From: the human T2T-CHM13v2.0 reference genome, Homo sapiens
Length of the DNA: 64,000 nucleotides
Direction: 5' to 3' (one strand)
Assembly: GCF_009914755.1 (NCBI RefSeq)
Contig: NC_060926.1
Of this stretch, positions 29,596 to 43,699 are shown piece by piece. Made by a program: the position numbers and the translations under genes. How positions within the stretch are numbered: position 1 is the stretch's first letter; each line of letters begins with the position of its first letter. The notes under the pieces were generated by a model. The model was not told where the DNA came from. It worked only from the letters and a program-made list of their open reading frames with translations, and made no database searches.

Positions 29596-29762
29596 ATGTG
29601 TGTGTGTGTATATATATATATGTATGTATATATATGTATATATGTATGTATGCATACATATGTATGTATATATGTATGTATGCATATATATGTATATATG
29701 TATGTATGCATATATATGTATATATGTGTATATATACACATATATATGTGTGTATATATATA
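29596..29762. repeat. (TA/TG/CA)n alternating purine-pyrimidine microsatellite
   Basis: Directly visible. Confidence 0.95.
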
Positions 29763-30474
29763 GCAAAATCACTCAAATCTTTGAGAACCATTGTCTGAAA
29801 CATTCCTCATGTGAGTCTCATACAAATATCAAGGAACTAGCTCTGGACTCAGTGTCCCAATTTTTGTGACCAGGCATGACCCACTCGTGTACTAAGCATG
29901 GATTAGTGGTAGTGCCTCCAATCCTCTGAAGGTCATTTACTTCTTCTGTTGAAGGATAACACCTATTCTCTCCTTACCTAACTCTAATCCTAATAGGAGC
30001 CAAATGAGATGGTATGCACAAAAATGTTTTCTCACTCTCTAGTATTTCCCCTGTTGTAGGAATCTGGAAAATTTCTCTCAACTCATTGAGACACAGCTGA
30101 AACTCACCATTTCATGGCCCATTCCCTGAATGCCCAGGAATGCTTTGTCACTGGCTCCATGATTACTCAGCATATCACATCATATTCCATGATTGACAGT
30201 GCTGTCCTAATAATGTGTTCATCTTCCTGCATAACCAGGAAGAGTGGTTCCTCATAACCACTCTGAAGTGGGGCACTCTCATTTGTCTTTGTGTTCTCCA
30301 TGGGTATGAGGGTTGCAGAGTCAAAAAGACTCCATTTATTTAATGTTTTAATTCATAACTAATGTATCTAATGCTATAAACTTATAGGATATGGTTACCA
30401 TTGTATTGAAACACTCACTTGAGTATTTCATGTCAGTCTATTTTTCTCTCCATGGCTTCCTTCCCTCTCCTTGA

Positions 30475-30645
<171 letters not shown>

Positions 30646-31927
30646 TGACTCTAACAATAAGCACCTCTGTAAACTGGAGGAGAAAGTTACAAAAGGCCAT
30701 CCTGATTGAGGAGGTCCTATCTTGATGATCTGGGACTGGAGAAGCCAGGTAGAAGAGGTATTTTTCCAAAATTGAGTACAAATGTAAATTGAGGTCAACT
30801 GGGGTCATAAGTTTTGAGACAAAGGTAAAAAGCCCCAAATCCTTGACTTGAGTTTCAAACAATCAACTTCAAAATAAGAAGAGGCAACATTTCCTATGGA
30901 AAGACCTGGCAGTGGGAAGGCATGAGATGATATCCTGCGGTTTCATCTTGCAGTGTGATTGGATGGCCAGACCACCACGTATAGTTACAAAAGTCATACA
31001 CTGCACAGCCACAGACAGCCTTTCCCGTAGGTCACAGTGCACAATCTTAGACCTGTTCACCTGCAGGAACCTCACATTAGAATTAGCAGCCATGACCCCT
31101 CATCCATTTATTCAGATCACACCTTCCAGAGAAGCAGTGAACACATTAGGGCCACACTTTTCAAAATAGCAATTGACTAGATTTGACCAGGTGTCAAATC
31201 AGATTGGCAAGGATCTCAAACCCTTCACAGAAGAAGAATATCTCATGAAAACAACAATCTCTAGACAGAAGAAAGATAAGATGGCTACATAAAGTGATTT
31301 AGGATGTAAGGACCATCTTTACATATTTGTATGAGCATTAATGCAGAAACATGATTATAGTATTTCATTATAACTGCAGTGAGCAGAACCTAGACAAATG
31401 GATAAACATTACATGGTGTCTCCACCATTTCACTAACGTCTCTCAAATAATTAGAACTTCCATAAGTGAAATGGGTGAGTTGTGATGCTGAGAGCTCCCA
31501 GTCCTTGAGCAACCTAACTATCCCTGAGCAAGTGTGTTAGGGACCTGAGCTTCATTATAACCAGTCCTGACATATTCATATTCATATTCTTTTGAGGAAA
31601 AAGAAAAATCAAAATGAAGTGACTTCCACAACATGACCTGAATAAAAACAGATATCTGTGGAAAAGTCAATAAATAATAATTTCCATCAAGCATGTCTCT
31701 CCAGTGAATCAAGAGAGATAACCTCATTAGAACATTTTCTCTAGAAACATAAATTAAAAAGGACTGACAGATGGAAATAAGAAAAATAGCAAATCTAGAT
31801 AGGACTCCAGGTGAATAGATTTCCAATATTTATGCAGAGAAGTTTTGAGAGCAGGAAAAGTAGGAGGAAGCAGAGGAAGACAGGATCCAAGCTTCTTTTC
31901 TTATATGATTTTTTCCAAGGCCTACAT

Positions 31928-32806
31928 TTTGTTACTGTTTTTTTGTGTCAACTTGGCTGGATTGTGACACCTACATATTTAATCAAACAACAATCCTGTT
32001 GTTTCTGTGAAAGTGTCAATTGTGTAGTTGTGATTTACATCTATAATCAGTTGACTTTAAGAAAAGGAGATAATGTTAAATATTAATAATATGGGTGGTC
32101 TTTATGCAATCACCTGAAGGTCTTAAGAGAAAAAAAACTCAGGTTTCCAAAAGAAAGGATTCTGCCTCAAGGCTGTTATATCAAATCTTGCCTGATTTTC
32201 CAGCATCCCCTACAGATTTAAAACATGCCAAGACCCACAACTGCAGGAGCCAATTCCTTTAAATAAACCATATATACATAATATACATTATATATGTACA
32301 TTTATCTATATGTACATATTACATAGCCATTGCCTAAAATAAATTATATGTGTACACATTTATATTATGCATATATATAAAACATGCACACACATACATA
32401 TACATGGATGAGTCCCCTTTATACTTGGTTTCCCTTTCTGCAGTTTTAGTCACCCACAATCAACCCCAATCCAAAAATATTACAGTATTTCAAGAGAAAG
32501 AAGGATAGAGAGAGGGAGATTACATTCACATAGATGTAAATATATTAGAGAATATTGTTATAGAAGCTCTGTTTTATTATTAGTTTTGTTGTAATTCACT
32601 CACAGTGCCTAATATAAAAATTAAAGTAATATACACATCTATGTATAGGAAAAAACATAAACACTATTATCATATAATTTGGTACTATCTGTGGTTTCAG
32701 GCATCCGCTGGGGGTCATGTGATATATCCCCTGTGCATAAGGATGAACTAATGTATTCTTTGGATTTGCCTATTGCTCTGTGTCTCTGGAGAACCTGGCT
32801 GACACA
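31928..32806 (+). mobile_element. MLT2 (ERVL) LTR split by MER44A
   Basis: 'tttgtgtcaacttggctgga..' start, 'caattcctttaaataaa', end 'cctattgctctgtgtctctggagaacctggctgacaca'. Confidence 0.75.
32406..32752. mobile_element. MER44A-like Tigger DNA transposon
   Basis: 'agtcccctttatac..' and 'ggtactatctgtggtttcaggcatccgctgggggtc..ataaggatgaacta'; inserted in the TA-rich tract of the MLT2. Confidence 0.75.
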
Positions 32807-33632
32807 GATACCAGTCACCATGACACATGCCAAAGTTCAAGTCACTGCAAACTTACATCTCTGTTTGTCCTGATTCAAAAGAGAGCATTTCACACACTTG
32901 CTCACTTGGTCTGTGGTCATTTTCCTCTGGAGAATGTTTTCCATCATCCTTCAGACGAATCTTCAAGTCCACTTAGCACAATGCTTGCAACATAGCTCAC
33001 CCTGAATAAAGATAGCTCCTGTGTTTATAATGACTGCCCAGAACCAAACCAGGAAGCTGCCAGAAGTTACAACCTATCAGGGACACTAAAACATCCCTGG
33101 GATAAAATATGGTGCTGGCTAACTCAGGTGTCCACTCATTCTCTTACCAACTAGTGAAAAGAAAATGCATCCCATGTTTACCACGTAGACACAGCCTCAG
33201 CTGGAAATAGAAGTTCTCCTGGAGGGCACCCCTCTTTCTGCTGCTGCTGAGTCTCTTTTGGAAGAGGAACTTGCAAACTGCATAGTGCAGCTATACAGGG
33301 AAAGCAGCAGGAGGACCCTACCCATTTATAGGATGGCCTGAATTAGTTGAGTCTGAAACTAAACATGGTTTACCAGGAACAGGGGAAGAATTTTATTGCC
33401 GAATGTTTTAAGACATGTCACAAGACATAGTCAATGTGTGCAAAGTCACATATAATAAATGTGTACTATAAATCTCGGCTTTACACCATATAGACAAATT
33501 TTATTACTAGAAAATTATTTCCACTTCGTTAAGGAACCAGAACGATAGTTACAGAAGCTTATTTCAAAGGAGCACTAATTTACTTTATAGCCTTGGGTTT
33601 TGTCCCAGTACTGGGAACTAACAGTGCTCTGA

Positions 33633-33797
<165 letters not shown>

Positions 33798-33874
33798 TAA
33801 AAAGCTGTGTCTTTAATTGGCCAAGTTCTTCTTCTTTCCTCCCTCTTCACAATGCCTTTTTCTCCCATGATCAG

Positions 33875-34065
<191 letters not shown>

Positions 34066-34189
34066 TAAAAAATTTTCTACCCTATATGCTAAAATAATTT
34101 TCAACCTAATTTTCAGGCAGAAGTGACTCATTTCAGTTAAATTTTGAATCTCTGCTCCCTTCACCCTGCCTGTTTGCAGACAGCCAATG

Positions 34190-34350
34190 TCAGTGGTTCT
34201 GAAACTTGAGTCACATTAGAACCCCTGCAGGCCTTGCTAAAGCTCTGATTGCTGGTCCCCACTCAGAGATACTGATTCCACAGATCCAGCAGTAGCCCTC
34301 AAATTTGCTTTTCTCTCAAGTACTCAGGTGATGCTGATGGTGCTGGTCAC
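34190..34350. mobile_element. MER5A-like hAT element
   Basis: 'cagtggttctgaaacttgag..cattagaacccctg..caggtgatgctgatggtgctggtc'. Confidence 0.65.
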
Positions 34351-35444
34351 TTTGATTACAATACCCACCTCAACCATGAACTTCCCTTTGAAGGCTTGTG
34401 CATCCTCTGAGCAGCTTTGAACACTCATCTTTAGTCTATCCCTGTAGTTCAAAACCCTAGCTAAGCACTTAGTACTTGGATTTGTAACTACTGATATTCA
34501 TGTCTGTCTCCAAAATAAGATGATAGGCTGTCCTGAAGAGAGTGTAGTGTTCAGTTTTGTTCCACTAGAACCTAGTATAGAGACTCATACCTCAAAACAA
34601 CTCAGTAATGGCCTGTTGTGTGAGTGTACAGATGAATGAACATTATTTCTGTCCTCAACAAGTTAACATTCTAGATACATGCAAAAATAGCTGCAAAAAG
34701 TTATAAACAAGAAAGTAAAGTGGAAGCTATACTAGGAATTCCCTAATACCAGTTCTCCTGGCTGTATCAAAATTACCTTTAAAAACAGTGACCCCATTCC
34801 AGAACATTCCAATTAACTAGTTGCAAGCTGGAATCTAGAATTTGATATTATGGGCAAGCATTTCAGATTAATCCTCTTGTCAAAGGGTAGGAAACCAGTA
34901 GAAATAAAGTACTAGGATAACTTAGAGAAACAATTCATTAGTACAGCATTTGTTGGGCTGACAAGGTACAACAGTTTGCAGAAGATCCCTAGTATCCAAA
35001 TGTCATTTCCAGTGGATTTACTATTTAATTTTACCCAACAAGTAATATCTTCTACAATGAGGTTACTGACATCTTGTAACGTCTTTCACTGTCCCTGGGA
35101 GAATAAGATAGGCTGTCCCCCAGGAAGTCCATGATGGTAACCAGCTGTAGACTTTGGGTTGGGTACACTAGAGCCAAGAGTGTACCCTGGAGCAGAAGAT
35201 TCAGCACAGTGGGGCACCTCAGTGGGGCCTGCAGCATTTGAGGAAGGAGTATAAGGATGCTGTGTGCCTTGTGGTAAGAAAGCCAAGTGGAGTGGAAATG
35301 AGGGACCATTCATAGTGGAAAGACCAGGGGGAGTGGGACTGAGGGACCCTCACTCATGGGAAAATCACGTGGGTAGGCTTAGGAACCATTCACTATAGAA
35401 AGGTTAGGTGGAATGGGTGCAGAGTCTGTCATGAACTTCTTTGA

Positions 35445-35567
<123 letters not shown>

Positions 35568-35748
35568 GAGGAACAACAACAAACTAGGTGACAGAGACTA
35601 TGCCAACTATTTCGCCTTTTATTCTGTTGAGCAAGGAACTGTGACTGAATGTGGAGCTTATGAGCTTCAGTCCATCTCCTATAGTGTGGCTAGTTTGCTA
35701 TAATATTAAAACATGATTTAAAATATCAACAAACCAGTTACTCCAGTA

Positions 35749-35754
35749 AATAAA
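35749..35754 (+). terminator. SULT1C3: Poly(A) signal for exon 8a
   Basis: AATAAA about 180 nt after the stop (ATTAAA also at 35705), followed by a T/GT-rich tract at 35791-35812. Confidence 0.65.
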
Positions 35755-37659
35755 ATAAGAGAATTAGAGAGCAGAGTCCGCCTACATGAGTTTTTTTGTT
35801 TGTTTGTTTTTTAAGTACAGGTATGTTTTATTGTGCATGACAGATAGAGCAAAAACAAACAATTGCATCATGGATTCCCATGTGTGATCCCAAGTAGATT
35901 TCACAAGAAAATTATGCATAGGTATTACAAGCGCCATTGTTAAGAGAGAATGTAACAGCTTGAAGTGTACATTCTATACTTTTATGTATAAATAATAACT
36001 TCCAAGAGAAAAGAGCTGATAAGTACATTTCAGAGTCACCATTTCTGTAATAGAATGATATAAAAATAAATTACTACTGCAAAATATCAATCAATTGCAA
36101 AATGATTACTGCTCTACTTTTGGCTTGTAACTAATTTTCTCAATCGAAAGAGTTTGAGTTGGAGAAATTAGTCAGTGAGTACTCCTGTAAAAAATCTTCC
36201 CATGATATAAATAAAATGCTTAATGTATCTAATCTATAAATTGAGATCTGGGACAAATGCACCATGACTATGCATTGCCATTCTCTTAATAACTATGCAT
36301 TGCCATTCTCTTAATAAAGAGTCTCTGTTGCATCACTCTAACAATAGGTATGACCTCAGATTTAATATAAATTTAGTGCTTCAACCATGCACCAGTGAAG
36401 ACCTGGTTTTTTATATGACCAAGTACAATTGTCTTATTAGAAGAGAAGGTCCTGAGGGGCCTTAGGGAGTAGGTGGATGCCAACAGGGCTGATGGCCTCA
36501 GAGATGACAGCATGTAACATGTAAGAAAGGGGGGAAATTTGGAAAGACTTAAACTCAGAAATAAAATTAAAGAAGTGTAAAAAGGTATTCAATTAACATC
36601 TTGAAAGGGAATCAGGAACAATATACATAGCTCCCAGTACACAGAGCAAAGTAACCTCCCTGTGGTTGTGATCATTGTCTCTACCTTATCGTAGTGACAA
36701 GGCAGTGCTATTGTTACGCCAGGCAAAGGGGAAATGACATCCTATTCTCTAGTCAACTGGATGGAAGACAAACTCAAAGGTAAAAAATAGATGATGAGAT
36801 TTTAAGAAAAGAGAGCAGCTGGTCCCTAAGGCCTGCTGTAAGGAAGCAGAGAGGATGAAGATGGGGGCATTTGAACCAGCCCAGAGGGGACCCTGGGGTG
36901 AAAGTTCCCCATCAGGCATTACCCCACTGCCTACATCCAGCCAGATAACCCAACCACCTGAATTACCATCCTCATATTTAGTTGGTGATCCAGAGAAGAG
37001 ATTTCCTCTAGTATTCCCTAAAGGTATAGCAAGAAAAAAAGAGATTCCTTGATCACTCCTGCCTAGTCAATGCACTGGAAGACTGGTTCACAGGGCTACT
37101 GTGCTTTGTAATTGGAGACATGAGAATCCACAATGATTAGAGAGCTCGGGCCCCAGGTACTGTCAGAGTCCACAGTCTACCTCAGAGAGGAGGAGGCAGA
37201 TTAAAGGAAAAGCAAATTTCATTTTCCTACTCAGAAATGATTTTCTACTAATTGAAAAGCAATTGAATGCTGTCAATAAAGACATTTCCTGTACTAACCT
37301 TGGACTCAGAGTATTGATGACCAACTATACAAAGCTTATTTCTTCCATGCAATGGATGATACCTGCCTGCCTTTGCAGGTATTAAGGGGTATGATGCTGA
37401 GAGTCCAGGTGTAGAAGATGGGATCACGGGTTTTGGGCAAAGCATTTTGGCTATCTAATGTTAAGAACTGTAAGGTTTGAGAATGCCTTGATGAAAGTTC
37501 GTAAAAGCTACAAACAGAGTTGCTGGTCATTTCTACAAGGAGGCTGTGAACTGCTCTTCATCTTCTAGAGGCATATTTTGGCTATGGGCTACTAAGATTC
37601 AGACAGGTGTAAGATATAGTTTGCCCCATGGCCTCCCCTAGAACTTTCCCCAATGTGAC

Positions 37660-38720
37660 TGTTCCTGGACTAAACTGAGGGTCGGGCTGCTATTTCCTGT
37701 GGCCCAATAACAAGATGCAGATGAACTGGGGAGGAAGAGAAGTTTTATTTCTGTAACTGGTTACATTCAGAGGGCCTGGAAATTATCACCAAACCAACTC
37801 AAAATGACAAAATTTTTCAGAGCTTATCTACCTTCTAAGCTGTATGTCTACATGTAAGTGTGCATGCCTTCTAAAGACATATGTGATTAATTTATTTTAA
37901 TTTATAACTAAGATCTGAGTCCTGAAGACCTTCCTCTGGTGCCTAATGAAGTTTGCTTAATTTAAATGGGTCTCCAGGTACTGGGTTGATCACCCTTATC
38001 TTGTCTCCTGTTAAACTACTGAGGTTTGGGGAGTTCCTTCAGACCTCCAATAAACGTGTTTGTGGAGGCCTGGGGAGTTTCTTCAGAGCCCCAATAAAAC
38101 TTATATAATCCTAACTGGGTACTGTTAAGAACTCCTTTATTATTTTGTCATGTTGTAAGGCCCAGGAAACGCCTAGGCAAAACTCTGGATGGGCTTTTGT
38201 TACATTTCAGCCTTTGCATAAGGGCACTGGCTTTTTTTAATATTTAACTTAACCACTCACTGAATACTGAAACAGTTGTGATGGAGGCCTGCATTAATGC
38301 AACCTGCCTGCCACAATCCCCACTGTCAATTTGTGCATAATTCTTATCATGCTAGTATATTTATTTATCATGAGAATTGTAGGGATATGGGGCATTGTAA
38401 TATTTCTGGCTACTTCCTGCTGAGTGAGTGTCATTGTTATGGGACACTGAATGCAGCATTGGTATAGGGGAGGTCTATTTGTTCCCAGCAGCACTCTTTG
38501 TTTCAGGGGCTTAGAGGCAGCACCTGCTGAAACATTTAGTCTTCAGTTCACAGGGCTTTAAGAAAGCACAACTTAGGTTTCAGTGATTTCCAGTTAGGAA
38601 AAATGGGGTAGTGCATGGGCTTTCATGCAGAAGAGCCTTCAGTGCAAGTCCATGACAATGTTTGCAACTCAGTTTTATCCTCAAAAGCTCTAACTACTTT
38701 TTCGGTATTCTAAATCTGCT
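37660..38720 (-). mobile_element. ERV1 3' LTR (PABL-like, 37660-38315) with adjacent internal remnant
   Basis: Minus strand starts TGTGGCAGGC after a purine tract (..gtggggat) and ends ..ggaACA; ORF 38294-38494(-) has 'QQEVAR', typical of ERV1 3' internal ends; subfamily from memory. Confidence 0.65.
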
Positions 38721-39696
38721 TTGCTTTAATTCAGTTTTCAAAATATTCTTCTTCCTCAGGAAATAGCACATGCTTTATAGTTGAATGAATCTGTTGGCTC
38801 CTGGCACTTGTAAGCCAGATATCTTTATCTGCAAAATGGTATCATATCTATCTCATGAGATCATTGTAAAGATTTACACTATCATACTTGTAAAGTGTAC
38901 ATAGTTGTGTTCAAGAAATTTAGCTTCCTTCTCCCTCTTGCACACCTCAACCCCACATCATAAAGCAAAGTTTAATCCATATAAACACTGGTAGGATTAG
39001 TCCCACATATTGGGACAGTGGACTGATTTCTGAATTTCAAACCATCGTGTCTGAGTGTCTGCACAAATTCACTCTCATGACCCAGTGCATCAGCATCCTA
39101 GAATTACAAAACTAGCATCTGAGATGTCCTCAGAAATTTAATCAAAAGCTATAGCTTTCTCTCTTTCTGTATCTCTTTGATCAAAAAGATCCAAGAAATA
39201 AGGATCTATGCTTCTGGGTCAACTTGAGATTCCTTTTATTCCTCCTCTTAGTGACCTTCTGTTAAGTTCATAGGTTCTTTTTGCCATCTGTTGTAGTCCA
39301 AATACTAGAGTTAGTTATACTATGCTTCACCACCAACATTGTTCCTCCTTCACACAGCCTTTCCTGTTCTCCCCCAGGAGATATCATTGCTCCTTCCCAC
39401 CAAATCTCCTGGCACTCTGTCTGTACGTAGGCAGCATGTACTTTCTCAGCCAGCCTTGTGATTGTTTGTGTTTATGCTTAATTCCTTTCCTTCAAGGTAA
39501 GCCTCTTGAGGGCAGGGACAACCCTCATCTTTGTGTTGCTACAGTATCTGGGACAGTACAGTGTCTGGCACTAGGAGTCACTTGAGAAATATTTTTAAAA
39601 TGTGTTCAAATGATCCTTTAACTCATTTCTCTCCAAATACTGTCCAAATGGAACATCATCCCCAAGGGAAGACCCAACATGATTTGTTTGGTGTGA

Positions 39697-39897
<201 letters not shown>

Positions 39898-39914
39898 TAA
39901 GCTTTGTAGTCTAA

Positions 39915-40238
<324 letters not shown>

Positions 40239-40474
40239 GAGCAGTCAGGGAGTCTGTCCTGGACTTTCTTACCAGATTTTTGCCATTTGAGCCTCATGAT
40301 CAAGGACACTTAAAACAAAGACACCCTTCCTCCAGTCTGGAGCTGTTACACACTACCTGTAGATGATAATACTTCATCAAAATGTAACCAAATCCTGGGT
40401 AGAGTTTTTAATTAAGATACATGATCCCTCATTTAGACACCAACCACATAACGTACTCCCCTGTCCTAAGGCAA

Positions 40475-40480
40475 AATAAA
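40475..40480 (+). terminator. SULT1C3: Candidate poly(A) signal for exon 8b
   Basis: First AATAAA after the 8b stop; further copies at ~40516-40525. Confidence 0.5.
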
Positions 40481-42826
40481 GGCAATTTAGTTCCATCACT
40501 AGTTTACAATAGTGAAATAAATAAAGAGATAAATAAGAGTAGAATTTCAATGTAAGAGAAAGTGAGCAAGAGAAGAATGAGGATGATAAGTGGGCACTAA
40601 GGATAATGTGTGGGGGAACTGGTTTTTATTTTTAAAGGTCAGGAATGAGAGGCAGAGGATAGTCCTACTCTTGAAGATATTAGATTAGGAGGTGCAGGGG
40701 GTGGCATGAAGGATGGAATGCTGTGAGCTGGGTCTGGCTCAGGTGGCTTCAAGCTGAAATGGTCCCAAAACCAAAGAGAAAGGCCACAGGAGAGCGATAA
40801 GGAACACAAGATGAACAAGAAACTCAGCCTACTTCTGTGGCCAACACAAGGCTGGAAAGCAGAGAAAGATTTTATCTTTCAGATGGACTTCTGAGAGAGA
40901 GAGGAAGTCTTCAGTGAGCTCAAGGGAAAAATAAAATAAAATATTTGGTAACTCATGGACGTTAAGAAAAGCTTAAATTTCACATCTCTGTGGAAAATCG
41001 TTTTTTATACTTTTTTTTAAAGGGCTCTTAGCAAAACTGTCAGCATTGCCAAGTTCTTCAGCTACACTAATGATTATGTTCTTTTCCTTCTTTTTGTTAA
41101 AACCTGTACCAAGAAAATATCTGCCATCATTTTATACAAGCTATACAACGATCCATGTATCATTATTCTTTTAATGTCAGGAAGGTACATTTTGTGGGAT
41201 AGGTGGTTAACTTATCATTAAACCATACAACACAAAAAAATATCTACTCCACCCGGTAACAAAGTATACCCCTTTGCATTCTTTCATCTTTCCCTCTCTA
41301 GGGTAAGCATGCAAATCATTAACCACATGACAAATATCCCAGTATAGTATTTATGCAGAGTTCCGGCCTGCACTGAGGAAAGATATGGTGAACTGAACCA
41401 GCATGATTCAATAGCAAATAAATTTTTATCAGGAATACCCACACCAAATGTCTTGGGTTCATGTTCTAAGAGCTGCCTAACAATTTAGATAGCAAGCACA
41501 TAATCACATAGTGACTCCCTTTGTGACTGTGATAGAAACTGGATATATGGGCAGTATTGATCAGAATATAGGCAATAGGTCTAGAGTTTACGACTAGGCA
41601 AAACTTGCTTTTCTCCCTTTATAAACTAATTTTTTTAATTTAATTGTAAAAATATATCCCATTCTTATATTCTCTATAAATTTCAGCCACAGAAAATACT
41701 TCTAGACTCCTCTTTTACAAAGCTCTGCTATGTCCTTTTAAACAATGCTAAAAGTACTATGAAGAAGAATTAATGGTTTAATTCAATCTTAAAATATCTT
41801 TGGTCCAGCTGCATAAAATAAACACGATGAAGATGACCATCCATGTATCCTAGATAATCTTGTGTTCTGATCACTTATTACATACTTACAGAGAGAGAGA
41901 GAGAGAGACTCCTAAATATACCACAGTCATAGAAGATCAAATTGTAAATGTTCAATTTACTTTGGAACTTTTCACTTAGAAGAAAATAAAAAGCAGCAAT
42001 GGGAAGTTAGACTCATAAAATTTTAGGGTGAGAATTACAAGAGTCAGAAAAATCACATCATTCAACAATCTTGCTTTTCAGATGAGAACACTAAGAGCCA
42101 GGGAGAGAGGGATGGCCCCCACAAACAGGTCACGCAGACACGGTTCATCAGGATCCCCCGGCCCCTGGCTAGCTCCCCACACACTGCAGGAGTCACGCAG
42201 ATTGCGAAAGTCTTCTCTGCAGACTTCATCTTGCACTACTCACTTCCTCTTAGCACTTGGAACAGCTTGGGTGTTCTATGGATTCTCTCTGATTACATAA
42301 GAAATTCCAAAATTTTTCTAATGGCCTATTTAGAAAAAGAAAAACAACAAAGCCTGATGGGAATCCACTTAGAAAGGCAGCTCTTCCCAGAGAGGGTCTC
42401 TGCATTAGAGCGTCTTGGAGATGTCTGTGAGCAGGAGGGAGCCCACAGCAGAAACTGCCCTTCCCCAAAGCTGAGTAAAGCCCAGCTCTGCCCTCCAGCC
42501 CCATCACAAGGCTTCTGGGATTTCTTTGGCCTGTAGGTACCAGGCTGACACCCCCTGCATCCTGCCCGACCTCATCACATCTCCCACAGGGCCTGCCCTA
42601 AGTGGAGTGGACCGAGCTCCCTATGCAGCCCCAAAGACTGTGTTCCACTGCCCTTTTCCTCATTTTACCCCTAATAATCTAGTGTGGGTTTTGCTGTTAA
42701 GGGAACTCCAAAACATCTGAGGCAAGTTTTAGTCCATATAAACTCAAGTATGGGGAATGCCAGGAAACAAATGACAGAGAGGAGGGTTAGGGACTGGAAT
42801 GAAAATCCTTAACCCTTTCTAGGTGT

Positions 42827-43162
42827 TGTTAAAATGATCACCTGGGAGGCCATCAGACCTTAGTGCCTCCAGTGTCCCAGATTCCTATGGAAGCAAACCA
42901 AGACCCAACTCAGTTACACTGAGGACTCAACCAGTCAGAAACCACCAATCAACCCTGGACTAGGGACTTTCCAATTATTGCTCCACTTTGACCAATTAAA
43001 CATTTCCCCTATCCTGCTTCCCATTCACTCTATAAAAGTCTCCCCACACGCTCCTTCAAAGGAGCCCTGAATCATTCTGGCTTGGAGCGCCAGATTCATG
43101 AATCATTGCCTGCTCAAATAAACTCTTTAAAATGTTAACGTGTCAGAGTTTACCTCTTAACA
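42827..43162 (+). mobile_element. Short solo ERV1-type LTR
   Basis: TGTTAA..TTAACA termini, CCAAT, TATAAAAG (~43031), AATAAA (~43117). Confidence 0.65.
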
Positions 43163-43699
43163 GTTCCTATTCTATTTTTTTCAGCTTGGTAGAATTAGAG
43201 TTCATACTACAGGAATCTAACGATCAGTCTTCTCCAAAGAGGTTTTTCAACAGTGGAGGACCCTCCCAGCCCTTCTCCATTATCAGTGCCCTTTCTCTCT
43301 CCACATTCATGGGTTGTTGGTCTAGGCTCAAAGAGGTTGGTCTAGGCCACAGAGGTGGCCTGTGGGCCAAAAAATCCAGCCATTTAGTATGGCTGGGAGC
43401 TATGAATAAACTGTTTGTATACTTTTAAACAGTTGTTATAAAAACAACAGAAATGACAAAGAAGAATATGTGACCCACAAAGCCTAAAATAGTTCCTATC
43501 TGGTCCTTCACAGAAACTGTTTTCTGATCCCTAGTTTAGGAGAACCCCCCAGCAGCCCTGTTCTGTAGGCAGAGGCCCTGGACGACCATCAGCCCAGCCC
43601 TGCTGTAGGCACCATGGCCATACAGGCATCACTGTTGCACACCTGCTCTATGGAGGGAGGGCAGAGGAGGAGAGAAGGGAACAAAAATTGAGTAAAGCC

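Noticed and set aside
29418-29869. Cluster of overlapping Y/I/H/C-rich ORFs
   Set aside because: Translation artefacts of the TA/TG microsatellite
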